In this document: piece after piece, positions 40,371 to 51,600 of the stretch
Layout: each line of letters opens with the position of its first letter
How positions within the stretch are numbered: position 1 is the stretch's first letter
Assembly: GCA_934121885.1 (NCBI GenBank)
Contig: CAKOVH010000006.1
Span: forward strand, 7,926 to 71,925
Length of the DNA: 64,000 bases
Source of the DNA: an uncultured Clostridia bacterium
GTDB lineage: Bacteria; Bacillota; Clostridia; TANB77; CAG-508
Reading direction: 5' to 3'
Program-made: the position numbers and the translations under genes
The notes under the pieces: generated by a model
Seen by the model: the letters and a program-made list of their open reading frames with translations, nothing else
What the model was told of the DNA's origin: nothing
Database searches by the model: none

Positions 40371-40988
40371 TTATTCTAAAATCAATTCTCCTTTATTGTC
40401 TATGTATGCAAAGGTTTTTACCTCTATAATTCCAGATTCTTGTTTTTCAATTTCCTTTACAATGTCTGCTATTCTTATCTGTGCTGAGGTGATTTCTACA
40501 GCTTCAATTACAGCATCTCTATTTCCCTTTGCTCCAGCATGTGCTAAACCTCTTAGTGCACCTACCACAACAATATTTTCCCCTGCGATTACTTCTGCTC
40601 CAGGGTTAACATCTCCAATAATTACTAAGCTTCCCTCATACTCAATTCTTTGTCCTGAACGAAGAGAACCTTTGTGAAATTTAGTTTCAGATGTTGCAAT
40701 TTCCTTATAAAAACTTCTTTTTATTCCATGAAGTCCTAGTACCTTTGGACTATCAAATTCTATTCCAACATCTAAAAATCTTTTTATAAGTGATTGAATT
40801 TCATCCATTTCTTTATTTTTTAAAACCTTACCTGTAATAAATATTGGAGTTTTATCATCTTTATACAAGTTTTTTAGTTCTATCATCTTCTTTTTTAATT
40901 CTGCTATAATATCTCTTTGTTCTGCATATTCTTCAATTTTTATAATTACTTGATCTTTTTTCATACTAATATTAATATAATTCTTCAT
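40371..40988 (-). CDS. minC: Septum site-determining protein MinC
   Basis: 205 aa. C-terminal beta-helix repeats 'GSLVIIGDVNPGAEVIAGENIVVVGALRGLAHAGAKG'. Sits directly after the PBP2 gene. Confidence 0.85.
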   Translation of the reverse strand: MKNYINISMKKDQVIIKIEEYAEQRDIIAELKKKMIELKNLYKDDKTPIFITGKVLKNKEMDEIQSLIKRFLDVGIEFDSPKVLGLHGIKRSFYKEIATSETKFHKGSLRSGQRIEYEGSLVIIGDVNPGAEVIAGENIVVVGALRGLAHAGAKGNRDAVIEAVEITSAQIRIADIVKEIEKQESGIIEVKTFAYIDNKGELILE

Positions 40989-41009
40989 TTATTCTACATC
41001 CTCCAATTC

Positions 41010-43103
41010 TTATCTAACAGATTCTTTACTAGAAATTGCTTTCATATCTTCTGTAACAGAATTTGTATTCATTCCGAAATACTCGGCCATGATTTCTTTT
41101 GCAACACCTGCTGTATATCCACCAGTTCCACCTTTTTCAACTAAAACTACTACTGCTATTTCCGGATCTTCATATGGTGCAAATCCAACGAACCATGCAT
41201 GTGCTCCTTTTTCTCCATTTATACCAATTTGTGCAGAACCTGTCTTTCCACCAACTGTTATGTTAAAGTCTGCAAATGTTGAATATGCAGTTCCCCCAGA
41301 TTCGCTTGTAACACCTTTCATACCTTTTAATATTGCTTGTACATTTTCCTTTTTTACATCTAATTTTTCACTATTTGTACCAGTTATTCCTAATTTTTTA
41401 TTAACGAACTGATTTATTTCATCTTTAGATACCTCACTTCCATCTGCTTTAATAATAGATTTTACAAGAGTTACATCTATATCTTTTCCTCCATTTGCAA
41501 GCATACTTACGTATTTTGCCATTTGTAGTGGAGAAAAAGAATTATATGTTTGTCCTATTGCTGCTGAAAGTGTATCTCCTAAGTACCAGTCTGAGCCACT
41601 TATTTCTTTTGCTACTTTAGGTGATGCAAGTATACCACTTGTTTCATCTTGAAGTTCAATTCCAGCTTTTCTTCCAAGTCCTAAATAACTTGCATATTTA
41701 TCAATTCCGTCTATTCCAACTCTATATCCAAGTTCATAAAAGAAATAATTACATGAATGTTTAATTGCCTGAGATACATTTAAATATCCATGTCCTGAAC
41801 GATAACTTGTATAATACCAACACACTGGATTTCCACCTCTTGGATATACACCTGTATCATTTATTGTGGTTGTAGGTGTAATTTTTCCTGTTTCAAGTCC
41901 TGCAAGTGCTACTGCCATTTTGAAGGTAGAGCCTGGTGCATACATTCCACTAACAGCTCTATTATACATGTTGTTTCCCTCTTGATATGAATCATACTTT
42001 TCTTGGCTTATTCCTTTTACGAACAATCCTGGTTCATAATCCGGATAACTTGCAAGTGCAAGTATTTCGCCTGTCTTAACATTCATTGCAACAACGGCAC
42101 CTGATTTTGAGCCTGTTTTTTTACCATATTTTCCATTCGCAATATCTTTTATATTCTTCTCTAATGCTTTTTCTGCCACTTCTTGTAATTTAGCATCTAT
42201 AGTAAGAATAACATCATCACCTGCAACCGCTTCTTCTGATATATATTCACTTGTAATTGAACCATCAACTGCCATATCTATTTGTCTAACTCCATCGGTT
42301 CCTTTAAGGTATTCCTCAAACACATATTGAATTCCATTTTTTCCAATTACATCATCATTTCTATATGTATCTTTTCTTGTAGAATATTCATCTTCATCAA
42401 TCGCTCCTACATATCCTAAAACATGTGAAGCAAGTGCTCCTGATGTGTATTTTACAATTGGTTCTGTAATAATATTCATACCTGAAAGTTCACTATTTTG
42501 TTCCCTTATTTTTACAGCACTTTCTCTACTTATATCACTTGCAATTTTTACAGACCTTGTTGTACTATATCCGTTTCTAGTAATTTCATATCGAACTGCT
42601 ATTATCTTTCTTGCTTCTTCTACGTCATCTTCTTCAACTTTATATTTTTCTTTAAAATAATTAAAACATTGTTCAGCTGTAAAGTTTTCATCTATATTAT
42701 ATGACTTTTTCCATTCTTCTTGGCTTTCTTCTGATGAATATGTAAAAGAAAACGGATTTACTTTAATAGGCAAATTATCAATAAATTTATCTTTATTTTC
42801 TTCTAAAATCTTTGTCATTGTTTTAATTGCATTATTTAGTGTTTTATCATCTGCCTTAGTTTGATATATTTCAAGTCCAAAACCCATCTCATTTGTTACA
42901 AATTCAACACCGGTTCTATCTTTTATAGAACCTCTCGCTGCTCTTAAAACAGATTCACGTGTAAGTCTAGTATTTGATGTTTCTCTATATTCTGCCCCGT
43001 GTATAATTTGCAAATTAAAAAGCTGAATTAATAGTATAATACCTACAATATAAATTATTATGGTTAATAAATTGTACCTTAGTTTTATTTTTCTATCATC
43101 CAT
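41010..43103 (-). CDS. mrdA: Penicillin-binding protein 2 (class B transpeptidase, MrdA/SpoVD-like)
   Basis: 697 aa. N-terminal TM, 'APGSTFK' (SxxK), 'HSCNYFF' (SxN) and 'GGKTGSA' (KTG) motifs. Confidence 0.85.
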   Translation of the reverse strand: MDDRKIKLRYNLLTIIIYIVGIILLIQLFNLQIIHGAEYRETSNTRLTRESVLRAARGSIKDRTGVEFVTNEMGFGLEIYQTKADDKTLNNAIKTMTKILEENKDKFIDNLPIKVNPFSFTYSSEESQEEWKKSYNIDENFTAEQCFNYFKEKYKVEEDDVEEARKIIAVRYEITRNGYSTTRSVKIASDISRESAVKIREQNSELSGMNIITEPIVKYTSGALASHVLGYVGAIDEDEYSTRKDTYRNDDVIGKNGIQYVFEEYLKGTDGVRQIDMAVDGSITSEYISEEAVAGDDVILTIDAKLQEVAEKALEKNIKDIANGKYGKKTGSKSGAVVAMNVKTGEILALASYPDYEPGLFVKGISQEKYDSYQEGNNMYNRAVSGMYAPGSTFKMAVALAGLETGKITPTTTINDTGVYPRGGNPVCWYYTSYRSGHGYLNVSQAIKHSCNYFFYELGYRVGIDGIDKYASYLGLGRKAGIELQDETSGILASPKVAKEISGSDWYLGDTLSAAIGQTYNSFSPLQMAKYVSMLANGGKDIDVTLVKSIIKADGSEVSKDEINQFVNKKLGITGTNSEKLDVKKENVQAILKGMKGVTSESGGTAYSTFADFNITVGGKTGSAQIGINGEKGAHAWFVGFAPYEDPEIAVVVLVEKGGTGGYTAGVAKEIMAEYFGMNTNSVTEDMKAISSKESVR

Positions 43104-43133
43104 TAAAGTTAGTTATATACCTTTCTATTTATT

Positions 43134-43667
43134 TTAAAAGTATCTTGTTAAGATATTTTTTGTTTTAAATATATTTTCTAGTCCATATCCTGCCTTTTGT
43201 ATAATAGGATAAATTATAGCTACAATAATTGAATTATATAAAACTTCAATTATTAGTATTTTTATAAACTGATAAATTTCAAATGAAATTCCTAATCTGA
43301 ATATGTAGAAAATATATTCAGCAAGTTCATAAAGAATTGTTGCACCAGTTACCATTAACATGATTGTGATTCTACTTTCTTTTGAAAAATTATTGTCTAA
43401 ATATTCTCCTAAAAATCCTATTAATGCTAATACTATTCCAGAGATTCCTATTGTTCTTCCTACTAGTAAATCCAAGTAAATTCCAAATATTAAACCCAAG
43501 CCAATTCCTAGCTTTTTCCCTGTAAATAAACTTATAAAAAGAATAAATACAACAAACAAATTTGGCATTACTCCAGCTATTGTAAACCAAGTAAAAAAGT
43601 TTGCTTGCAGAAAATATATAATAAAAAAGTTTATAATTAAACATAATATTGCAATTGCCTTTTTCAT
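43134..43667 (-). CDS. mreD: Rod shape-determining protein MreD
   Basis: 177-aa polytopic membrane protein directly downstream of mreC. Confidence 0.75.
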   Translation of the reverse strand: MKKAIAILCLIINFFIIYFLQANFFTWFTIAGVMPNLFVVFILFISLFTGKKLGIGLGLIFGIYLDLLVGRTIGISGIVLALIGFLGEYLDNNFSKESRITIMLMVTGATILYELAEYIFYIFRLGISFEIYQFIKILIIEVLYNSIIVAIIYPIIQKAGYGLENIFKTKNILTRYF

Positions 43668-43679
43668 TTAACTTTCCTC

Positions 43680-44507
43680 CTATTCACTTTCATTACTAAT
43701 AATTACAAGAACTGTAGCTAATTTTGAAAAGTCTACTGCTGTCTCAACAGTTGCATAACGATCTGTTATATTTTTAGTATTAAATATCTCTTTAATTGTA
43801 CCTATATGAATACCCTTTGGATAAATTCCTCCAATACCTGATGTTTCCACACTATCTCCTTGTAATATACTAGCATCTGTTGGGATATATGTAGCTTTTA
43901 ACTCTTTCTTCTCTCCTAGTGTACCTTGTACAATAATCGTATCTTTTGTAGTACTAATTGTACTCGTAACTGCTGTACTTGTATCTACAATAGTTTGTAC
44001 TTTTGCTGTATGGTTAGTAGTAGAAATAACATGTCCAACTAATCCCTCGTCTGCTATAACTGTCATATTTTCTTTTATTCCATCTTTTGATCCCATATTA
44101 ATAACTACTATATTACTATAATTTCCTATATCTTTATTTATTACATATGCTGGAATTGCCGAGTATTCTTTATATTTATCTTTTAAATTAACATATTCTT
44201 TTAATGTTTCATTTTCGGATTTAATAATTTCATATTCTCTTAAAGACTGTTCAAGTTCGCTGTTTTTCTTTTTTAATTTTTCGTTTTCTGCTTGAAGATT
44301 ACTAATATTTTCGAAAAAGCTATCATTCCCTGCAAGTTTATTTTTTAAATATGTTAAACCATTTTGTATTGGCATTACCAAAGTACTTACTATGTTTTCA
44401 ACATATGATACATTGTTTACATCTGTATTTGTAATGATAACCAAAAAAATTAGTATAATAATCATAATAATGATTCCAGCAATTCCTCTTTTTTTGTTTT
44501 TATACAT
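43680..44507 (-). CDS. mreC: Rod shape-determining protein MreC
   Basis: 275 aa. N-terminal TM, a coiled-coil ('LQAENEKLKKKNSELEQSLREYE') and a C-terminal beta domain. Confidence 0.85.
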   Translation of the reverse strand: MYKNKKRGIAGIIIMIIILIFLVIITNTDVNNVSYVENIVSTLVMPIQNGLTYLKNKLAGNDSFFENISNLQAENEKLKKKNSELEQSLREYEIIKSENETLKEYVNLKDKYKEYSAIPAYVINKDIGNYSNIVVINMGSKDGIKENMTVIADEGLVGHVISTTNHTAKVQTIVDTSTAVTSTISTTKDTIIVQGTLGEKKELKATYIPTDASILQGDSVETSGIGGIYPKGIHIGTIKEIFNTKNITDRYATVETAVDFSKLATVLVIISNESE

Positions 44508-44521
44508 ACACTTCTCCTAGA

Positions 44522-45553
44522 TTATCTTCTTTTTCTTGCATTTACTAATACTGTTTTTAGTCTTTCTAAATCTTCTAATGTTTTTTCTGTTCCCTTTACT
44601 ACACAATTAAGTGGATTCTCTGCAATATATACAGGCATCTCTGTTCTAATTGATAAAAGTTTATCAATATTTTTTATAAGTGCTCCTCCTCCTGCTAGAA
44701 TAATTCCTTTTTCCATAATATCTGAAGCAAGTTCTGGTGGCGTTTTTTCTAGAGTTTGCTTTACAATCTCTACAATTTTATCTATAGATTCTTGCATTGC
44801 AAATTGCACTTCTTGTGAGTTAATTTCAATTGTTTCTGGTAACCCTGTTGCTAAATCTCTACCTCTTACCTCCATTTTTGATTCTGTAACAAGTGGCATT
44901 GCACATCCTATCTCTTTTTTTATTAACTCTGCTGTTGTATCTCCTATTGCAAGATTTCTTTCTCTTTTTATATAATTTACAATATCTTCATCAAGTTCAT
45001 CACCTGCAACACGAATAGAATTGCTAACAACAATTCCTCCAAGTGATATAACTGCAACTTCTGTTGTGCCTCCACCAATATCTACTATAATATTTCCACT
45101 TGGCTCTGCTATATCCATATTTGCTCCAATTGCAGCTGCCATTGGCTCTTCTATTAAATATACTTCACGTGCACCTGCTTGTAAAACAGATTCTTCAACT
45201 GCTCTTTCTTCAACTTCCGTAATTCCTGATGGTACACCCACAACAACTCTAGGTCTACCTATGTTATATCTTTGTCCAATTTTATGGATTATATTTTTTA
45301 GCATTAATTGAGTTGCTGTAAAATCTGCAATTACTCCATCTTTTAAAGGTCTTACAGCCTTAATTTGTTCAGGTGTTCTACCTAGCATTTCTTTTGCTTC
45401 ACGTCCTGTTGCAAGTATATTTCTGTTTTTTAGGTCTAATGCTACAACAGATGGTTCATTAAGAACAATACCTTTTCCTTTTAGCGTAACTAATATATTT
45501 GCTGTTCCTAAATCAATTCCTATATCTTTTGATCCCAATCCAAACATTTTCAT
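44522..45553 (-). CDS. mreB: Actin-like rod shape-determining protein MreB
   Basis: 'DIGIDLGTANILV', 'VVVGVPSGITEVEERA', 'IVDIGGGTTEVAVIS'. The track ORF starts at 45562; the likely start is MKMFGLGS a few codons in. Confidence 0.9.
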   Translation of the reverse strand: MKMFGLGSKDIGIDLGTANILVTLKGKGIVLNEPSVVALDLKNRNILATGREAKEMLGRTPEQIKAVRPLKDGVIADFTATQLMLKNIIHKIGQRYNIGRPRVVVGVPSGITEVEERAVEESVLQAGAREVYLIEEPMAAAIGANMDIAEPSGNIIVDIGGGTTEVAVISLGGIVVSNSIRVAGDELDEDIVNYIKRERNLAIGDTTAELIKKEIGCAMPLVTESKMEVRGRDLATGLPETIEINSQEVQFAMQESIDKIVEIVKQTLEKTPPELASDIMEKGIILAGGGALIKNIDKLLSIRTEMPVYIAENPLNCVVKGTEKTLEDLERLKTVLVNARKRR

Positions 45554-45562
45554 TTTAATCAC

Positions 45563-46258
45563 TTATTTCCTTTCTAATAAATAAAAAATACTCTCAAATT
45601 TAGAATCTCCAATAATAATGTGGTCTAACAGTTCTATTCCAACAATTGAAGATGCTTGCTCTAGCCTTTTTGTAAAATCAATATCTGCTTTACTTGGGGT
45701 AGGGTCACCACTTGGGTGATTATGTACTAAGATAATTTTAGGTGCTCCCATTTTTATTGCATCTATAAGAGCATCCTTTGGTTTTAGTATGGCAGAATTA
45801 TTACTTCCTAAACATATATCTACCATTTTAATAACAATATTTTTCGTATTTAATATAATAACCTTAACAATTTCTCTTTTTTCATATCTTAGTTCATCTA
45901 TTAGCAAATTAGCCACATCACCTGGACTAGAAATTTTTACTTTACTATTTTCTATTGGTCTTGAAAGTCTTTTTGCAATCTCTCCAACAGCTTTTAGCTG
46001 AATTGCTTTTACTCTTCCTATTCCTTTGATGCTTGTAAATTCTTCAATTGACATATCTTGTATAAACCTTAGATTGTCACTATTTTTGTTCTTCATCGAA
46101 AGTATCTTTTGTGCGGTCTCAATAGAGCTTTCCTCCTTTGTACCGCTTTTTATAATTATCGCTAGTAATTCTGCATTTGATAATGTATGTGCCCCATACA
46201 TTTCTAGTTTTTCATATGGTCTTTCTGATAATGGGAGTTGTTTCATTTTTATTGGCAT
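45563..46258 (-). CDS. radC: RadC-like JAB/MPN-domain protein (UPF0758)
   Basis: 231 aa. An HhH N-terminus and 'ILVHNHPSGDPTPS' JAMM motif. The conserved radC-mreB arrangement supports the call. Confidence 0.85.
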   Translation of the reverse strand: MPIKMKQLPLSERPYEKLEMYGAHTLSNAELLAIIIKSGTKEESSIETAQKILSMKNKNSDNLRFIQDMSIEEFTSIKGIGRVKAIQLKAVGEIAKRLSRPIENSKVKISSPGDVANLLIDELRYEKREIVKVIILNTKNIVIKMVDICLGSNNSAILKPKDALIDAIKMGAPKIILVHNHPSGDPTPSKADIDFTKRLEQASSIVGIELLDHIIIGDSKFESIFYLLERK

Positions 46259-46295
46259 ACGTATTCCTTTCTTAATTAACCCCCGAATTTATTTG

Positions 46296-46553
46296 TTACA
46301 CTTTTCTATATATAAATATTGCAAGTATCATACCTATTATACTTGAAATGTTTATTTTAAACATTAATCCAAATGTTATTTTTATAACACTTAAATCTAG
46401 TTCTATTGGCTGTGATAGTCCAAATGATTCTCCATAAGATAGCCACCACAAGAAATCAACTTTAGAAGCTAAATCTCCAAGTAATCCTCCTACTACTATT
46501 CCACATAATACAAAAAGTACTAATACCCATATATTTTTTTCTCTTGTTGCCAT
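46296..46553 (-). CDS. Small membrane protein (DUF4321-like)
   Basis: 85 aa with two hydrophobic helices. Confidence 0.45.
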   Translation of the reverse strand: MATREKNIWVLVLFVLCGIVVGGLLGDLASKVDFLWWLSYGESFGLSQPIELDLSVIKITFGLMFKINISSIIGMILAIFIYRKV

Positions 46554-46772
46554 TTATTTTCCTCCTCTTAAGTTGTGCTTTTTTACTTTTAGTATTATAT
46601 ATGGAAAAGCTATTTTTTTCAATACAAATAGGAAAGTTTTTCTATTTATTTTTGCATATGTTTATGATAAAATATAATTAATTATTTACATTTTATTTTA
46701 TTTATGCTATATTGTTTAGTACATTTTTTTATAAGCATTAATAATATATACAAAAAAGATGGAGGCTTTCAA

Positions 46773-47420
46773 ATGAAATTTGAAAAACTTAATGAAAACA
46801 AAATAAGAATTACTTTAACACTTCACGATTTTAAAAATAGAAATATTAATTTTCACGACTTTATGTCAAATCCTTTAGAAACTCAGGATTTATTTTTAGA
46901 CATATTAGAAGAGGCAAAAGAACAGATAGGTTTTAATACTAAAGATTACAAAGTTAAAATTGAAGCATTAGCAATGATTGATGGAGATTTTGTTGTAAAT
47001 GTTACAAGAGTGGCAGAAAAAGAAAAAAGCATCTCTTTAGAAAAGCAAAGAAAGAAGTTTAAGGTAAGAAGAAAAACTATATCCCCTACGTCAAATATAT
47101 TGGTTTATAAATTTGATACTTTTGACGATTATTGCTCATTTGTTCAATATTTAGCACAGGATAATTTAGAAAATGCTTATCTTGTTTCTAAAAAAATAAC
47201 ATTGTATTTATATAAAAATTCATATTATTTAATTTTAGGAAATATTAATGAAGAATATAAAAGTAAATTAGGTTTCTTTTCTTCAATTCCTGAATTTGCA
47301 TCTTACATAAGTAGCTCTTCATTATTTATTTCTAAAATACAAGAATGTGGAAATATTGTAATAAAACATAATGCAATAAAAACAAGTTTAAAACACTTTG
47401 CAGATGTTGCAAAAAAATAA
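46773..47420 (+). CDS. mecA: Adaptor protein MecA (ClpC adaptor, negative regulator of competence)
   Basis: 'MKFEKLNENKIRITLTLHDFKNRNINFHDFMSNP...' N-terminal domain plus C-terminal ClpC-binding domain. The ATG at 46773 follows a GGAGG RBS (the track ORF starts earlier, at 46704). A hairpin terminator follows at about 47425-47455. Confidence 0.8.
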   Translation: MKFEKLNENKIRITLTLHDFKNRNINFHDFMSNPLETQDLFLDILEEAKEQIGFNTKDYKVKIEALAMIDGDFVVNVTRVAEKEKSISLEKQRKKFKVRRKTISPTSNILVYKFDTFDDYCSFVQYLAQDNLENAYLVSKKITLYLYKNSYYLILGNINEEYKSKLGFFSSIPEFASYISSSSLFISKIQECGNIVIKHNAIKTSLKHFADVAKK

Positions 47421-47448
47421 ACCTAAATTATAAATTCAGGTTTATTTT

Positions 47449-48459
47449 TTAATATACGTAATATTGTGGATTATATGTAATTCCATTTTTTCTAACTTCT
47501 AAGTGTAAGTGATTTCCTGTTGAATTTCCTGTTGAACCAACCTTTGCAATTACTTCTCCTGCACTTACTTGTTGACCTTTTTTTGCTATTAGTTCATCAC
47601 AATGTGCATATATTGTTTGAACTCCATTGCCATGCGAGATTACAACATACTTTCCATATCCATCTCCTGCATTTCCAGAGTAAGTTACAGTTCCTGCTGC
47701 TGCTGCTTTAATAGGTGTTCCTCTTGGTGCACCTATATCTATTCCTGAATGAGTATGGCTTCTTACACTATCATTACTTCCAAATCTTGACGTTATAACA
47801 CCAGATACAGGTCTTATTAGAGTAATTCCTAAATCAACTTTTCTGGCAGATCTTCCTATACTATAGTTTGATGCTGATGCTGCAACATACCCATATGTAC
47901 TTACATATACTTGTTTTTCCTCATATAGCTTTGATACAGATGTTTTTACACTTGTGAATTCTTTAAGACTTGTATCATATTTTTCAACTATACCTAAATC
48001 TTTTATATTTGCACTATCTTTTTTCTTTAATTGTGAAATTATATCTTCAGCTTCTTTAAAGCTTGCAACATATACTTTTTCTTTTTTATTATCTGTTACC
48101 GCATAATATTTATAATATTTTGTTCCGTTATCTGTTACTTTACTAAATATTTTATCATCATTTATTTCTACATCTTTTTTCAATAAACATAGCTTATATG
48201 TTGGCATTGCATCAACTTGAACAAATGCTACATTTTCTTCTTCATTTGATGAAATATATTTATTAATTTTTTCCTGTAAAGCACTTTTATTTTCTGTATA
48301 TCCAATTATTTCTCCATTTAAACTAACTGCATATGTTGGGTTATAAAAATATGCAATTGCAGCTAAAATGAAAAAAATCGATAAGATTGCTAAAACAAAA
48401 AATTTAACAGAGCTTCTCGCAATAACTGTAATTTTCTTAAATATATTTATCATAAACAC
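47449..48459 (-). CDS. M23-family (LytM-like) peptidoglycan endopeptidase with an N-terminal membrane anchor
   Basis: The C-terminal M23 domain has 'HTHSGIDIGAPRGTPIKAAAAGTV...YGKYVVISHGNGVQTIYAHCDEL...GSTGNSTGNHLHLEV'. Confidence 0.8.
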   Translation of the reverse strand: MFMINIFKKITVIARSSVKFFVLAILSIFFILAAIAYFYNPTYAVSLNGEIIGYTENKSALQEKINKYISSNEEENVAFVQVDAMPTYKLCLLKKDVEINDDKIFSKVTDNGTKYYKYYAVTDNKKEKVYVASFKEAEDIISQLKKKDSANIKDLGIVEKYDTSLKEFTSVKTSVSKLYEEKQVYVSTYGYVAASASNYSIGRSARKVDLGITLIRPVSGVITSRFGSNDSVRSHTHSGIDIGAPRGTPIKAAAAGTVTYSGNAGDGYGKYVVISHGNGVQTIYAHCDELIAKKGQQVSAGEVIAKVGSTGNSTGNHLHLEVRKNGITYNPQYYVY

Positions 48460-48602
48460 CCCTTATATTGGTATCTAAATTTTACGTTATAAATTTTATA
48501 CGAAAAAGGAATTTTAAACAATTGTAATTTTTGTTTAAAATTCCTCTTTATTTCATTTTTATATATGTTTTCTTTTGTTTTCTCGTGATATCTCTGTTTT
48601 TC

Positions 48603-51600
48603 TTACTTTGTTACATATTTTTTTATTAATACTATGCCTATTCCTAATGTAGTTACAATTATAATACCTATTAATACATATATAATATTTTCAGAACCAG
48701 TTCGTAATGAAAATATCATTTCAGAATATGCAAAATTATCTGTATTTTTCAAAGTATCCTTTTCTTCATTTGTTAAAATTTGATCAATTTCTCTTGGTGC
48801 ATCAAAAAATACTTGATTTCTTCTATTTCCTAAATTGTAGTTTCTTAAATCCCATTTTAAAACAATTTCTATTTCCTTCATTTGTTTTTCTGATAATGTT
48901 ATTTTTTTATTATATATAGCATTTCCGTCATTATCTAATGTCCAATCTGGATTATCTTCTTGTTCAAATATTGTTCCTTTAGGAACAACATCAATAACTT
49001 TATCAATTATGCCTTCTGATGTTCCATTATTTACTAATGTGATTTTATATTTTATTTTGGCATATGAAGAATTTGCTCTCATTTCTGTAAGTTCCATTTT
49101 TATTGGGCTACCTTTTCTTTGATAAATATTAAAATCTTCCGTTTTTCCACTTTCTGCGTATGTAAGACTTAACATTGTAATAGTCTTATCAATGCTGACA
49201 TCAAAATATTTTAATTGTGCATTTACTTCATCTTTACTATTTTCTTTTGATGTTTCATCATACTCGACAATATCTCCATGTTTATTTTGTTGTTCTATTT
49301 CAAAAGGTAAAATCATATCGGCACTTTCTCTATCTTTAATTACTACTTTTAGTTCTAACTCTAATTCTATTAATTGATTTTTATCATCTTGTTCTTTGCT
49401 GTATAATTCGCTTTCAAAATTTTCTTTAAATGAGAACATTGTTGTTTCTAATTTTCCATCAACCTCTGTCCATTTGTATTTCTTGTTAATTTCGCTATCT
49501 TTAACAAGTTCCATTTCCTTTGGAATAATTGTTGATACCTTAGATAAATATCCGCTTCCAACTCCTATATTTTTTACCTTTATTTTTACTTTTATAGTAT
49601 CTGTGTAATGTACATTTACTTCTTTAATTTCTTCTATTTCTGTACCATTTAATGCATTTATTACACTTTCTACCTTTAAGTTCGGTGAATCTGGATTTGT
49701 TATTTCAACTGTTAATCTTTTAGATGCACAACTTGTATAATTGTCAGTTTCCTCTAGTGTCGCTATTATATCATACTTTCCAATCTCAGATGGTTTTTCT
49801 ACTTGTGTACTTGTTCCAGTAATATAATACTTAAAGGTTACATTACCACCAGAATTGTTTTCAATTACAAATGGTTCAATTTTTTCTCTGTCAAATTTCT
49901 TTCCTTCACATCCAATTTTTATTTCTCCATCTGCTTTTTCTATCGTTCCTCTAACTTCTTCTGGTTGTATTAATGTATAATTATTAGCATCTGTTCCTTG
50001 TAATACTATATCATCCATTTTAATCTTCCAATTTCCTGTATTTTCACTTTCTGCTATTCCTGTTTTTGGAATAATTAATGATATATCATCTCCTTCTACC
50101 CCATTTACTATTGTTCCACCTATAATTTCTACTACATCTGTCTTATTATATTTTCTTGTTTTTCCTTGTATTTCACTTACCATTATGGTTCTTTTTTCTA
50201 TATTTCCTGTTATACTTCCATATATAGGTTGTGTTAAGGTATAGTTATAAGCATCCTGTCCTGTTAAAATAATATCGCTTTCTAATCTTATTTTATGATT
50301 TCCTATATTCTTGTTTTCTGCATATACCACACTTGGTAAAGTAAAACCAACCACATCTCCTACACATACATCAACTAGTTCTCCATTTGTTATTGTCATA
50401 CTATCATTTCCATCATAAATTTTATCTAGAGATGTTATTCCTTTTATTGTTATTATCTTCTTTGTTACCGAGTATGTTCCAGCTATTCCAGTTTTATATT
50501 CATTTCCATTATATACAACCTTTAGTTCATATGAATAATTTCCTACCTTATTTGGCAAAGTAGTTTCACTTTCATTATAGTATTCAACAATTGTAGCAGC
50601 TTTAGGGTTATTATATTGAACCCTATGATTATTTGCATCATATACATTGCTTGTATTTGTTACTGTAAGTCCACTATAACTTTCACATATTGGACAGCTA
50701 TCATATGTTGAACTAAAGTCTGGATGTCTAAGTCCTGCTTTACAATTATAGTATATATTATTTACCACTATTTCTTTAGTTGTCTGCCAGCCAACGTTAT
50801 CTGTTGCAACAGCAGTATAAGTTCCATTTTTTATAAAAGTTACACTTCCAGTATTTATAGTAGTTCCATTTATAGTAAAACTTTTTATTCCTGATTGTGA
50901 ATCTGTTGCAGATATTTTCATTGTCATACTATTTATAAATTTCGTATTAGTATCTTGTACATAATTTATACTTGGAGCTGTTCTATCTATTTTATATATA
51001 CCTGTAATTCTTTCATCACTTACATTTCCTTCATTATCTGTTGCTTTTATATGTAAATACTTATTTCCACTTGCATCAATATTTATTGTATCACTTGATT
51101 TTGTAATCTCATTACTCCATCCAGTAGTTGCAGGAACTTGGCTATCCGTTATTGCATACTGATAACTTTTAAATCCGCTTTGGGAATCATTAAAATCAAC
51201 ATTTACGTTTATTTCTTTTGCCCATCCGCCATTTTCAGGATTTATTGTTATAGATGGAGCAGATATATCATCAATTACTTCAAAAGTTCTAGAATAAATT
51301 TCTGATTTTAAGTTTCTGTCATTTGTAACCTCTAATACAATTTTATAAACACCTGTACTCGAAAAATCGCTAAATTGTGGAGTTTCACTTGTACTACTCT
51401 TTATCATAGTCTCATCTTTATATATTTCCCATTTCCACGATTTTATTGTGCCTCCATATGGATCATATGAGGTATCTTTTAATTTTAATATTTCCTTTTT
51501 GTAAATTTTGTTACTTTCGATATCAAATTGTGCAATAGGAAGTACACTACTATCATTAGTTGTATAAATGCTTGCAGGTTTACTCCAAGCACCTTGTAAA

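Noticed and set aside
40306-40677. 123-aa plus-strand ORF overlapping minC
   Set aside because: It is antisense to a well-conserved MinC C-terminal domain, with no RBS or motif content.
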